Part shown: piece by piece, positions 1 through 12,489 of the stretch
Layout: each line of letters starts with the position of its first letter
Numbering within the stretch: position 1 is the first letter of the stretch
Made by a program: the position numbers and the translations under genes
DNA from: Rhizophagus irregularis
Taxonomy: Eukaryota
Length of the DNA: 64,000 nt
Direction of reading: 5' to 3'
Assembly (NCBI RefSeq): GCF_026210795.1
Contig: NC_089429.1
Coordinates: 7,192,001-7,256,000 of the forward strand
The notes under the pieces: generated by a model
What the model saw: the letters and a program-made list of their open reading frames with translations, nothing else
What the model was told of the DNA's origin: nothing
The model's database searches: none

Positions 1-744
1 CTTTATATATTTTTGTTCTTTAGAACATATTTTACTTATTTAAATACCATTTTTTTCAATACAATACTTATATAAAAAATTTATGTTGAGCTAACTTTTA
101 TAGTTCAACCTCCAGATGCAACTTATTGGTAAAAGGTAAGTATTACTTTTAAATATACAAATATATGTAATTTTTATGAGGAATCAGTTTACTTAATGAA
201 TAAAAAGCAAGTTTCTTAATAAATTTTATGATAAAATTTTGGCAAAAACAAAATTTATATAAATAATTTCTAATTTTTTTGCATAAATACAATTTTAATT
301 GCAAATTACATGTTAAAATAAAATAATATTTTAAATATTTACAATATTTATCAAATTTTATAATTTGACTAATTTTAAAAAATTGTTAATAGTAAAAGTA
401 TTTCAATAATTATTTAATTTTAACAAAATTTAAAATACAATCATTTTAAATGATTATAAAACAGTATGTAAAATTTGAGAATACCATATTTTATTGAAAA
501 GAAGTACCCTATTCTTGCAAGAATTTTGGATGAGAAGTTTGGGAAGGGGTGTTTATTTTCAAGACTTTTTTTAAAAATATGATTATCTATTAATCAAGGG
601 GTTTTATCACTTCAGAAATTTTTTTTACTGATTTGGGAATTTCACTATGTGAATTAAAGGTATTATTTCACATTTGTGATTTTATAACTTTTGTGTGACC
701 TTATAACTTTTATGAAACTTTTATATAACCTTAGTTTTCAAGCG

Positions 745-1125
745 ATATTATTTTGATATTATTTTGATATTGATTCAATATCAATTTAATATCGATGCAA
801 TATCAAAATAAAATATTATTATTTCAATATGTAATTGTTATCGGTCATGTTGTAGATGATAACTGATAATAAAGTTATTGGATATGTATGACGTAAAGCA
901 ACTGAGACCTTTTTCGCGTATCTTATTTATTATTTTATAATAATGTGATCAAAATTTTGTATATTACTAATTATAAAGTGACCAAAATTTGTGTATCACT
1001 ATTATAAAGTGATCAATAACATACGTGAAAAATGTCCAGTGCTTACATAGAACATATACAATAACATATTGATATTAAATTAATATTGAAATGATATCAA
1101 AATGATAATAAAAATGACATCAAAA
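745..1125. mobile_element. Degenerate inverted-repeat (MITE-like) relic
   Basis: gatattattttgatattgattcaatatcaatttaatatc (~755-795) is approximately the reverse complement of gatattaaattaatattgaaatgatatcaaaatgat (~1071-1106). No TSD found. Confidence 0.4.
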
Positions 1126-1399
1126 CAATGTATTTAAGTTTAAAATTACACTTGCAGCTCCCATTAGTTGCTTCACTTTTACTTTTACTTTTTGATTCAG
1201 TGGATAATTTAAAATATTCTTCAGGTAGTTTTTCTATTAGTTAATATTTAATAGATTTAAAACTTGATTAGATTCAATTATTAGTACTTTATTTAGCCTA
1301 CAAATAACTTGATTGTTAGTTTCTACTAATCGATTTGCTAAAGCTTTTTATTATTTAACTGATTCTGCCTAATATAAATGTATTGAGCTTTTTTCCTTT

Positions 1400-1640
1400 T
1401 ATTTATTCTATAACTGATAATCCATTTGTATAACTCTACTTTTACTTCAAGATAAAATGCTTCTCAGCCAGAATTTACACTTATATTTGTTGCTTTTATT
1501 TTATCTTTCCAGTTTAAACTTGCTTTGATCTATCTTTTAACCATACTAACATCAAGTTCAAAGTACCTAAAGCTTCATTTCTACAACATTTTTTAGTATA
1601 AACAATTAAAGATGTTAGCTTTAATTATTTTTCACTAGTC
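1400..1640 (-). pseudogene. pogo-type transposase N-terminal (HTH/CENP-B-like) relic
   Basis: The minus strand reads RNEA..YFELDVSMVKR*IKASLNW and NSG*EAFYLEVKVELYKWIISYR, resembling the DNA-binding region of fungal pogo transposases. It has many stops. Confidence 0.5.
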
Positions 1641-1955
1641 AAAATAAGAAATTTTGGACATGTGATTTTTGGCTAGGTTTCAGAATAAATTTCAGCCAAA
1701 ATTCGTCTGAATTCAATTTTGGCTTAATTTCGACTCACATGATTTCTGAAGTTCTTTTCTGAAGTTCTTCTGAAGTTCTTTTGAAATTCTGATTTTCCGA
1801 AGTTTCGATCATTATATAAAACTCAGTTTTCAAAATTTATTATGAACAAATGGCACTTATGTATAACTCAAAAAAAGAATTTATGTAAAATCCAATAAAA
1901 AGCAACAACTCATCAAATTTCGATTAATAAAAATGAAAATTTATTATTATTATTT

Positions 1956-4900
1956 TTAACGAATGTTAAATTTTCTATTAACAAAATTTACGGCCAAATA
2001 TTCTCTCGCATTTTTCTTATCCGAAATTTTATATTTTATTGGCACAAATCTACTGAGAATATTATGCACTGAAATTATACAATTTCGACTTTCAGGATAA
2101 AATTTAGTACCCTAAAGTTTGACATTGCAAATTTCATCGTCTTCAATACTAAAATAATAACGAGAATTCGCTGGTTAATACCATCGAATGAATGCCAAAT
2201 TATGTTCCAATTCTCCATCTGGTAAGTCAACCTTATGGGAAAAAAAGAATTGAACTTGTCTGGGATAACAATCAATGCTACCGTCTTGTGTTATAAATTT
2301 GGCTAAAACATACGAGTTTTTTATATAACGAGCTGACATATTTGACCCAAATGTCTCTGAACTGATTCTGCATCTACCGAACTGTTTCATTTTGACAGAA
2401 ATGATCCTTGAATTCTTGTGACCTTCTCCGAATGGCTTTTGAAACTCAAGTGTTTTATAAGTCGCCAAATAGTATTCAACCAGTAAATCAGGTATTAAAT
2501 TTGACATCACTACATTTTCAGAGGCAGGACACAACATTTCACCTGGAAACGACTCACTTCCAGTGACTATTGATTGTTGAATATTCCGCAAATTCAACCA
2601 AAATCATTCCATTTCGTCGGCTGAAAACTCATCAGCCTCTGCTAAGGACTCAACAAACACTCGGTTGTAAAAAAGTTCTAATCCCTTTACATTTTCTCCA
2701 GAATTTATAATACTATTAATGTGGATATCAGCCATTATTTATCGCATAATTTCTGGTTCTATTTTCCTTTGACTGTTCGGTAAGGCGCCTAAAATTTAAA
2801 ATTACGATTATGCATAAATTAAGAATAAGAATATTAAACCTAAATAAATAGTTATAGTTTACCTAATATACTGTTCATGCGTTTGAAGGAGAAATACCAG
2901 AATGTGTATAAAGGTCTAAAATCATACATACATTCACTCAAATAAAGTGAAAGATGAAGATTAGGAGTAATTTTATCTCGTCCATAATGTTCTTCAATCA
3001 ACTTCACAATTTTAATCAATCTCTCATACGATTCTCTCACAGCATCAAATTCTAAAATTTGACTTATGAAAACTGTACAAATTCTCACAAAATGATGGAG
3101 AATTTTCTGATCATGTACCGAAAGGTGACTCTATAGCGATACCATAATGTAAATTGTGAAAAAGATTCACCATTAATCTGCTGTAAAATTTGAAAATTCT
3201 TCTCTGCAATAGATTTTACCAGGGATTTGTCTCAAATCGGATGGAATCTAAAACTCATCCATTTTTTTTTGAATTTTTATAAATGATTATTGGTTCAAAA
3301 TTCCTTTATCAACCCAAATTCTTTTCACTATCCATCTCGCGATGCTTAGAAATAAGCAGTGTATTGGATCAATAACAATGAACCTTACAGGGTTAAAGTA
3401 TGCCAACTGCAATAATTCTGACCATCTAACTCCAGTATCTATCCTTCGTAAAACATTTTCGTGAAGCATTTGAGCTACAACGTTGCCATTCATGTGCATT
3501 TTCACAAAACTCGGCCAAATCTCAAGTAATAAACCATTCGTCTATATTATCCATCCTGGCGAAATTATTTTGTCAATTCTCATAATTTGCTCATTTTTTG
3601 CACTGGTGATATGATGCAAGCGCTGAAATATGCCTGCATATCTTCCTTGCCACAGGAACATTGCACAAAACTAGTACTAAAGCCGCATAAATATTTTCGT
3701 TTTGGCACTCAAATGTTCGATTTAGAGTTATTCCACTTCATAGTAATTCTAAATCATTGACAATTGGTACTAAGTAATAATTGATTTAGCGTAAGCAGGA
3801 CCCCAGACAATTATAATTAAGGTCATATCCCCTATGTTAAGAATTTTTAAAAATTTATTATTGCCATTTTGAATTTATTTTAAAAGATATAAATGTAAAA
3901 TTTTAATAAAATAGTTGCCTTCCTACTATTTATAACTTTGTAATTTTAAAAGTAATATTTAATAATGTAGTTTTTTATTTTTTTGAATATTTCTATATAT
4001 ACCGATTGTGAAAAAGTGTATATTTTTTTGCCAAATTTTGCTTTGTTACACAACTTTATCTCTAATTTTAATCAGTAAATTTGCATAATTTTGATATCAA
4101 AAGATTCTTTTCTTTAAAAGAACCATTTTTTTCTATATTATCTTATAATATTAACTTAATAAAATTATAAGATAAATAATGTATAAAGTTTAAAACATAG
4201 TCGGTTGTGACCTCAACTATAATTATCTGGGGTCCTGCGTAAGCTCACTTCATTAGGATCTGGTAATATTCTGAGAATTAATAAATTTTCTTTTTTAAAT
4301 CAAATGTCCCAAGGCAAGTTGCAAATAGCGATATATATCACACCGGTGCTGTGAATTGTCCCTTCATAGGGTTAGAACCAATCCACATTCAGCATTAAAC
4401 CAAGGTATGATCTGCAACTTCAGGCTGGAAAAAATTAGGCAAATCATGATAAGAAGTATCCTTAAATGTTTCCACACTTGACCATCGTGAATGTCAGTCA
4501 ATATATTTTCAGAATGTGATCAATCGAATCAATGTCTAAGTGACCTTTCAAATCCTGATCAAAGATATAGGGTTGCTAATTGTTGACGAATTGTAAAAAA
4601 TGGATAAATCATCTCAATTCGATTTGACACTTTATTTAATAATCTTATTTGATGAGATAAAGGAGTTTAGCACTTCTGGCGTCTCGATAAATTTGGAAAT
4701 TCGATATGCTGACATTTTATAATGGCAAGCATTTCATCTTGACGAAGTTCCTCTACTTCTTGTTTGTTGTATAATTTAATACTTCATGCATGCTGCAAAG
4801 CTATGAAATCGATCTTCTATGTTGAGAATATTTCTCGCTTTGTATAAAGTAATGGGAAAATTTTCAAATGCGATATCGCCAATTTCCTTCAATAACAGCT

Positions 4901-5570
4901 TTATGAATTTTATTAGTGATTCAGTTGCTATTTCTGAAATGTTAAATCTCATTCGAAATTTTATAATCTATATTAAAATCCATAAAAACTTATTATTATC
5001 GTTAGTTGGAGTTGGAGTGATATCTGGGTCTTGATATGGTTCGAAAGAAGGGCATGAATAATCTTTAAAAGTTTCAGAATTGTTATTTTTCAATTCATCA
5101 TCTCCATTCAATTTGTTATCTTCATTAGTGTTTTCGCTTTAATCTTCAGCTGTATTTTCTCTCAGTGATAAATCTTGTTTGATGTTGCCAATGTTACCAA
5201 TGGAAACTTTAGTCAAAATATACCTTAATCTACGTCTTCGAGGCAATCGGTCAACTCTTTGCTCATTTAAAATAGTCAATTGAGATGATTTATCATTAAT
5301 ATTTTCAATATTTTTCAAAACTTCAGATAGTTCGTTATCCTGAATTTCAGTATTTTCGATAATTACTTCTGAAACATCTAACAAAAATTGGCTTGATAAT
5401 TCATGTCGATTCTTTGTGCGAGGAGCAACTAACATTCCTTCGCAATCATTACAGAAACAGGGTACTTTACGAATTCTTGGCTGAACGATTGATTGAGTAG
5501 TAACTCAAGGGAATCTGGTAGTAATAAGATTTTTATCAAGTACACTAGATATCGTTCTTTTTCGTTCCAT
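1956..5570 (-). pseudogene. CACTA/EnSpm (CMC, Transposase_21/Tnp2-like) transposase pseudogene
   Basis: Putative ATG at 5570 and N-terminal CFCNDC...H. Motifs: LMLNVDWF.PYEG..HSTGVIYIAICNLP (~4300-4400), IDPIHCLFLSIARWIV, ITPNLHLSL.LSECMYDFRPLYTFWYFSFKRMNSILG, and a C-terminal QVQFFFSH...HNLAFIRWY. There is an intron at ~2789-2860, many stops/frameshifts and a MITE at 3797-4236. Confidence 0.85.
3797..4236. mobile_element. 440-bp MITE with ~31-bp TIRs; same TIR family as the 6932-12489 element
   Basis: Left end aggaccccagacaattataattaaggtcata; right end tgtgacctcaactataattatctggggtcct. Both flanks read gcgtaagc (3789-3796, 4237-4244). Removing the element restores the host frame NEVSLR*INYY. 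Confidence 0.9.
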
Positions 5571-5669
5571 TTTGTCAAAAATTTCAGATAATTTTGATAA
5601 TTATGGAATTGTATCAAAATTTGTTTCAATTCGATAGTTATCATATAATTGTTGCTAGTAAAGTTTCGA

Positions 5670-5910
5670 CTAATGAATTTTCAACTTAAGTGATCAACTT
5701 AAAAGTGATTTATCGAATTCTTATTAAACTTTACGAATTTTTCATCAACTTTAAATGATGTATTGAATTCTCATCAAACTTTACGAATTTTCTATCAACT
5801 TTAAGTGATATATTGAATTCTCATCAAATTTAAGTGATTTAGCGAATTTTACATCAATTAAAATTGATTTATCAAATTTCCATCAACTTAACGTAAAGTA
5901 ACTTATTGAA
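5670..5910. repeat. Degenerate ~20-30-bp tandem repeats (gaattttcatcaactttaagtgat-like)
   Basis: Repeated gaattt(t)catcaact(t)taagtga motif between the EnSpm transposase start and the divergent ORF. Confidence 0.7.
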
Positions 5911-6181
5911 TTATTAATAAAAAATTTGATAAATTACTTATCAAATTTAAGAATTTAATAGTATAAATTAAGCTTTTGATCAAATTTTTAACTATAAATA
6001 AACTATAAAAAAACTCGATTCTTCAAAGTTTCGCCCTAGAACTTACCTTTTTTTTTCTTAAAATTTCAAAATACTTTCGTGTAAAATTTTATTATATATT
6101 TTTACAAATTTAATAAATTTAATAAGAGTAAATAAATTTTGGCTATTTTAACAATTAATAAAAGTTCTATTTTTTTCAAAT

Positions 6182-6930
6182 ATGTCAAAGAACACATCAA
6201 AGAATATATATTAATAAAAAAGGGAGAGAAAGAAGGAACTAAAAGAAACAAAAGAGATGTTTTTTATCTCGTCCTTCCTAATTTTGATGAGAAAAAAAAC
6301 TGCTTTATGAACCTCCAACACGTCATCAGAAACTTTACGATTACCTTTCAACACGAAATCATCTTTTTCATCATCGGGTACTTTAAGATTCCCTTCAACA
6401 CGAAATCATCTTCATCACCAAGTACTTCCCGAATTTCTCTCTCCAATACAAAATCATCTTCATCACCGAGTGCTTCACAAACCTCTCTTTTCAATATGAA
6501 ATTATCTTCATTACTGAGTGCTTTACAAACCTCCTCCAACACGAAATCATCATTAAATATTATTAAATCAAAGCTTGCAGGCTTACAAGTAAAAATTCCA
6601 AAAATCTAATTACTGAAATCAATGATTCTAGACGAAAGTTAAGTTGAAGCAACTGAAACTTTGCAATCATCAAAAAAAATTTGAGTAATTTTGGTAAATT
6701 TTGATTATCGATTCTTAATTATTTATTGATGAATATTTTTACGATATATAGATATATATTTGAAAACCTTCAATTTTTAGATCTGAAGGTAGAAAATGGG
6801 AAATTAAGAGCTGATAATATGGAATTGCAATGTAAGATAAACAAACTTAATAAAGAACTTGAAGAGTCGAAAGAACTAAATGAAATGCTATAAAAATAAA
6901 TGAGAAATTCAGAAAAGAGAATGATACACT
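6182..6930 (+). pseudogene. Divergent accessory ORF of the EnSpm-like element (Ser-rich repeats then coiled coil), truncated by the 6932 insertion
   Basis: ATG at 6182. Contains ~45-48-bp repeats encoding NTKSSSSPS...SL and a coiled-coil-like DLKVENGKLRADNMELQCKINKLNKELEESKELNEML at ~6780-6890. It has frameshifts and stops. Confidence 0.45.
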
Positions 6931-6931
6931 T

Positions 6932-9900
6932 AGGACTCCGGATAATTATAATAAAGGTCATATACATAAAAAGTATATTTTTTTGTATTTTTAATGAAAA
7001 GGTTATATGCAAAAGCGGGTATTTTAAGTAAAAGTTATATGCAAAAATAGAGTACCCCTGAATTAGGTCACAGTAAAAAAAGTATACAATTTTATGTAAA
7101 ATTTTAAGGTCACATGTAATTTTTCTAATAAAAGTGTATATTTTGGGGAATAAAACATGCAGTGTTATATCAAATTTAATATAAATAGCACATTTTGCTT
7201 GAGATAATTTTACTATAACGTAATTCAAAAAATTCATTTTTTTACCACAATGTAACATAATTATCGTATTTAAATTTATTAAATTTTTTTGCTTTTCATG
7301 TCAGATAAATTTACCAGAAATTTAACATGATTTACCGTTAATTACTTTTAAAATGTTAAGACATGCGTTTTCGTGTTTTAATTTTTGTCTTTGACATTGT
7401 TATATATCAATACAAAATGAAATATCTCGAGAAACTTTTAAACATTAATAGATTTCTTTCTACAATTCCACCTCCTAATATTCATTCTGTTCAAGCTTAC
7501 GTTTCAAATATTAATATATCTGATATCTTTTCTATTACTTTTGATACTCCTTATGAGACTCTTCCTCCGTTAACCAGAATTGATAATACTGCTGAAAAGA
7601 TTCTTCATTTGCAATATTCCCACTTAACTTCTGCAGCTGTCTTTTCTAATGGGAATTGCTTATTAAATTCGATATCTTTAATCTTTAATGCAAACCAAAC
7701 TTTAGCGTTACAATTTAGACTAGCTATGATTGTAGAATTAATGAAATTTTCAGATTTTTATCTTGGTCAAAAAATTTTTGAAGAAGATTATTATTTTTCC
7801 AATGCGGCTTTGGATTCAGCTAAAAATTCAGATATGCCAACTACATATAATAAAGAAAGAGAATATATTGGAGAAATTGCTTATATGTCTAAACCATATC
7901 GATTTTGCTCAATTGTTGGATTATATGGCTTAGCATCAGTAATTCAGAGACTGATAATGTCAATATATCCTCCAACTACTTCGCAACTAATTAGTTCTTT
8001 ATATAGTAAATTAATTGAACCACGAATTAAAACTTATGATGAACCTATTATGATAATGTGGACGGCATCAAGTGGAAAGTGGAATGTTAATGACTTTTTA
8101 CCACAAACAGATCATTTTGTTCCAGTTTTCAAGAGAGATTCACCACTTCCATTTAATCTGAATATTGATATTGAAATGCAGAATGATACGCAATCTGATG
8201 AAAATAATAAAAACATAAATATTCTTGAATCAGAAAAACATTTGAGCGATAATTCTGATATGGAAGAATTTAACTCAAATGTTGATGATAACGATAGCAA
8301 CTTATCATCATCATCATATAATACTGACAACGAAAAGAATACTAAAAAGAATCAAAAACAAAATAGTCAAAAACAAATAATGAAACTTGATCATATTAAG
8401 GTATTTGAAATTCAGAACATTATTTTTTTTGTAATAAATTGATTATTACTTATAATTTTTTTTATTAACTAGGAAAAAAGATTATGAAATCATCCAAAAG
8501 TTAGCAAAATTATTGTTCGCAATGAAGTTCTGTGTAAATGTGAAAAGACAATCAGATTGCATCGAGCTTACAACCTAAAAAATTTAGAAAAACACAATAA
8601 GACTAGCGGCTGTTTACTAACAAAAAGGATACATCCACTTACAAATTATTTTACAAATTCTACAAAATTAAAACAAATTTCATGTATTGGATTAAGAGAC
8701 GAGGAGCATTTAAAATATTTACAAAGAATTGGTAAAATTATTCATTATGGAGGAACACCACGTATTGAGGTACTGGCAAAAGAATTATTTCCAAAAAAGT
8801 TCAATAAAAGTTTTAGTTGGAAAAGATTGACAAATGATGAAAAAATTAAGTTGGAAAATGAATTAGTTGCAACGGCAAAATGGCGTAATGATTTTAATTC
8901 AAATTGTATTCGAAGTGTAAAATGTAAAATTACAGCGACAAATAGAGAAAAAATTTGCAGAAAATGTATGAAGTTAAATAGTAGCAAAATTTTAAGGGTA
9001 ATTATTGCAATTATAAATAATAAATTATTAAATTTAACGTTTACTAATCACATATAAATTATTAGAATGCAGTTGAACGGCCAATCCCAAAATTAGAAAA
9101 TCAGAAATTTACATCAAAATATATAATCAAAAAAAATCCGATCTTCAAATATTTAAATGATTCTAATCTTAATGAACTTTATTACTCGGTAGATTCAAAG
9201 CAGGATTCATTTTGGCCAATATTAGCAGAAAAAGGACGTCAAGGGGTATTCAAAAATAAAAAAGTTTTTGAAGGACTTTGTAAAGTTATGCTAGAAATAG
9301 CTGATCGTGAACAAAAAAAAAGGGAAACCAAAATTTGCGATATACAGAAAATTTTGTAAATTTTACAACAATTTTGGCATCATTGAGAACAAGAGGATAT
9401 GAAGTATTTAAACAAAATTTAGCTGGACGTACACTTCATAATATTAGGTAATGTTTATTTTTACAAGTATAATATAAATTAATTTAAATTATTGTCTAAT
9501 TTTATTTTATTATAAGATTACACCATGCACAATCAGATGAAATAATCGTTAACACAGAACTTTGTTATAAAAACATGGTGCGATTTAAAAGATTTGCTGA
9601 TTCATTAAATTACAATGGTCCAGTACTCCAGTTGCTACCATGATAGATAATACTAAGCTAAAAGAACATCTTAGTTATTCAGCAACGTTAGGCTGTGTGA
9701 TTGGATCGACTTTATCAAATTCAGAAACAAAAATATCGAATTATGAGGAAGTTATTGCAATTATTGATAAGATAAAAAGTGAAAAGGCAATAGCAAAATA
9801 AGTTCGAGTTTATTTACTTCAAGTATCTATTTTAATGATTAATATTTAATTAATTGTAATTAAAACTTATTAATTTCTATTTTTTATTTTTTTATTTAGA

Positions 9901-12489
9901 TTCCGTTACCCAAAATTCCACCAATAGTTATTGGTTTAATTCCAAATATTGGCAAAGAAAAAGCTGCTGATATTCTTATATATCATCAAAAAGTTCTAGA
10001 TTATGCAGCACAATTAAAAATTAATATTGTCTTTTTTGGATCGGATTGAATGGAGTAGCAAATGAATTTAATTCGCAATCAATGTTAATTAATATACCAA
10101 CTACAGAAAAAATTATTTTTGAAGATAAGCTATATAATATCAAGTTTACATGTCCAGTTTTTCCTAATATTGGCCCAATAATTCGCATACAAGATTCAAA
10201 ACACAGAAAAAAAAGTGGTAGAAATGCATTATTTTCTGGTGCTTGATTACTTACATTAGGAACTGGAACAGCAAGATACGAACAAATATTAAAGCTTAGT
10301 AAAATGTCTGATAGTGTGCTATATAAGCGTGATGTAGAAAATGCAGATCGTCAAGATGACAGTGCTGCATACCAGATTTTTTGTTCTGCATTCTTGGAAT
10401 AAGCATATAATCAAGATAAGTCCCAAAATCATAGTAAAGATAGTTTGTTTGTTTATCTTTTTATAATTGGTAAATATTTATTATTTATTTAATTATTATT
10501 GTCTATAATTTTAATCAAAGTTTACTTTTTTAGGTGAATTAATTGATGCATATCAAAGTTATACAATTTCACATAAAGAAAGATTGCGAATGGTTATGTT
10601 AGCATATTTTTTTCTTTATATGTGAAAAAATCATATTGAATATATTCAAAAATGTCATCCAAATATTATAGACATAAAAAAAAATTTTCTTGCACCTCAA
10701 ACTTTTAAAATATTTATCAATTTGGCTAAATCATTAGTAAGCATTTATTGATCATATTTGTTATTTAAATATTCAATATACTAATATAAATTATTTGTCT
10801 TACTAGATTTTACTAATATTGGCATATCGAAATTATTATCCATCGATTCCATTATGTATATGGATTTACGGAACTGAGCCATGTGAACATTTTTTTGGGT
10901 TAAGCCGGCAATTGCGTAATGATTTCACTTTTGGAGATTTGGTACAAAATATTCCAAAAATTATGCATATGTTTCGAACTTATACTAATGCATCATTAGC
11001 AAAGATGAATGCTGAAAAAACTTCAGCTGAAGGTAAAATAAATCAGTTTTTTTTATATTTAATTATGCTTTATTATTAATTTATATGTTTATATTAGGTT
11101 ATATAATGAATTATTATGAAGATACTATTGCCGATAATATTCATAATTTAACAACATATCCTACAGATGACGAAATACATTTAATTATTCATGAAGCTCA
11201 TGAACAAGCAATTGCATTTGCCAAAGTTCTTGAATTTGTTGGGTATAAAAACCTTTTTTGCAGTGAAACTTTTATTATGCATATATCAGCTTGTGAGAGT
11301 GATTTATTAGACATTAATTTAAATCAAAATAATGATAAATTAAATGAGATTGATGAAATTAACAAAGCCGATTGTGAGTCAAGTGAAATTAGTAAAGCTG
11401 CAGAATTAGTTAACATATGTAATAATTTCAACTTGGAAAAAATAAATGATCTAGAACAGAAGAGTCAAATAGAAATTAATTTTATATATAATCAATCAGA
11501 CAAACGAATTATTCAAGAGAATGATGAAATATTCCAAACGGGTGTTTTATTATCAGGAGAATTGGATATTTCATATTTAATATCATAACGTTGTAAACAT
11601 GAAGCTTATTCTAGTCAAAGAATGGAACGAATTTACTTGATGCGTGATTCAACTTTAAATATTAATAAGATTAATAACGTAGTTGCTTTAGTTCAAAATG
11701 ATGGTGCAAACTCTGGAACTTTAAGAGTGAAAAGATGGCAGAATAGAAAACGATTAGAAATGTTGGAAAGATATCAAAATGCTCCAGGTAAATTATTATT
11801 ATTGTTTGCAAATTTGTAAAATTTGAACAATAATTAATTTCTTTTATAATTTATTTAGTTCTGCCAAATATTAGCGTTGCAATTGTTACTTTAGAAAATC
11901 CTGCAAAATATGGTGGTTATGCATTTGCACTTTTGGGATCAAAAATTTATCTTGTTCAGTTTTTGGCTATGTATCAAAAATTATCAAATTATCATTCATA
12001 TATTAATAGTACTATCTGTATTGATTCACTTTCTTATATTTCAGTATGTGTTTATACAGAACAGATTCCAAATATTTTTGGATGTTTTCCAGCAGATGAA
12101 CCAAAATATGTTTTGTTTTCGCATATTCCTAGTCATTTGATCATATATTATTTAGGAAATTGCGAAAATTTTACTGAAAATATGGGATTTTTAATCGTAG
12201 GAAAAAAAGAAATGACAATCTATAATTTTTTTAATTCGGTTATAGATAAATTACAGTTGATTATTTCTACAAAGTCAATTGATGATAATGCTGTATAATT
12301 TTAACGTAAAATAAAAATTGACTTTTTTAGTAAAATAATTATATCGATGTCATATGATAAAAAAGGATATTTATAGTATAAAATAAGGTCATATGATAAA
12401 AATGTATATCAAAATGGCAAAATTTATGTATATTTCATTAAATTTTTAATTAGTACTGCGGATGTGACCTCTATTATAATTATCCGGGT
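6932..12489 (+). mobile_element. ~5.6-kb TIR DNA transposon with a P-element-like transposase (decayed autonomous copy)
   Basis: Left TIR aggactccggataattataataaaggtcata (6932); right TIR tgtgacctctattataattatccgggt (12463-12489, last bases missing). AGGTCAYA motifs recur subterminally (~6955-7115, ~12350-12395). The TIRs enclose one multi-exon gene. Confidence 0.8.
7417..12298 (+). pseudogene. Vertnin-like/OTU cysteine-protease domain fused to a P-element-like DDE transposase; 9 exons, several premature stops
   Basis: GT-AG exons at approx. 7417-8400, 8473-8997, 9067-9447, 9518-9822, 9900-10470, 10534-10736, 10807-11032, 11098-11787 and 11859-12298. N-terminal motifs: SNGNCLLNSISL, LYGLASVIQRLIMSIYP, MIMW..TDHFVPV. 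Cys-rich middle. Transposase motifs: TMIDNTKL, FFGSD, QDSKHRKKSGRN (DxxHxxKxxRN), DRQDD, TEPCEHFFGLSRQ. Confidence 0.75.

Noticed and set aside
6348..6542. Minus-strand acidic repeat ORF (EVLGDEDDFVL)
   Set aside because: It is probably the antisense shadow of the plus-strand Ser-rich ORF, which has an ATG and a downstream coiled-coil continuation. The strand call is not certain.
6770..7258. 162-aa hydrophobic minus-strand ORF
   Set aside because: It crosses the transposon's left TIR junction and has AT-driven F/I/Y/K composition, so it is spurious.
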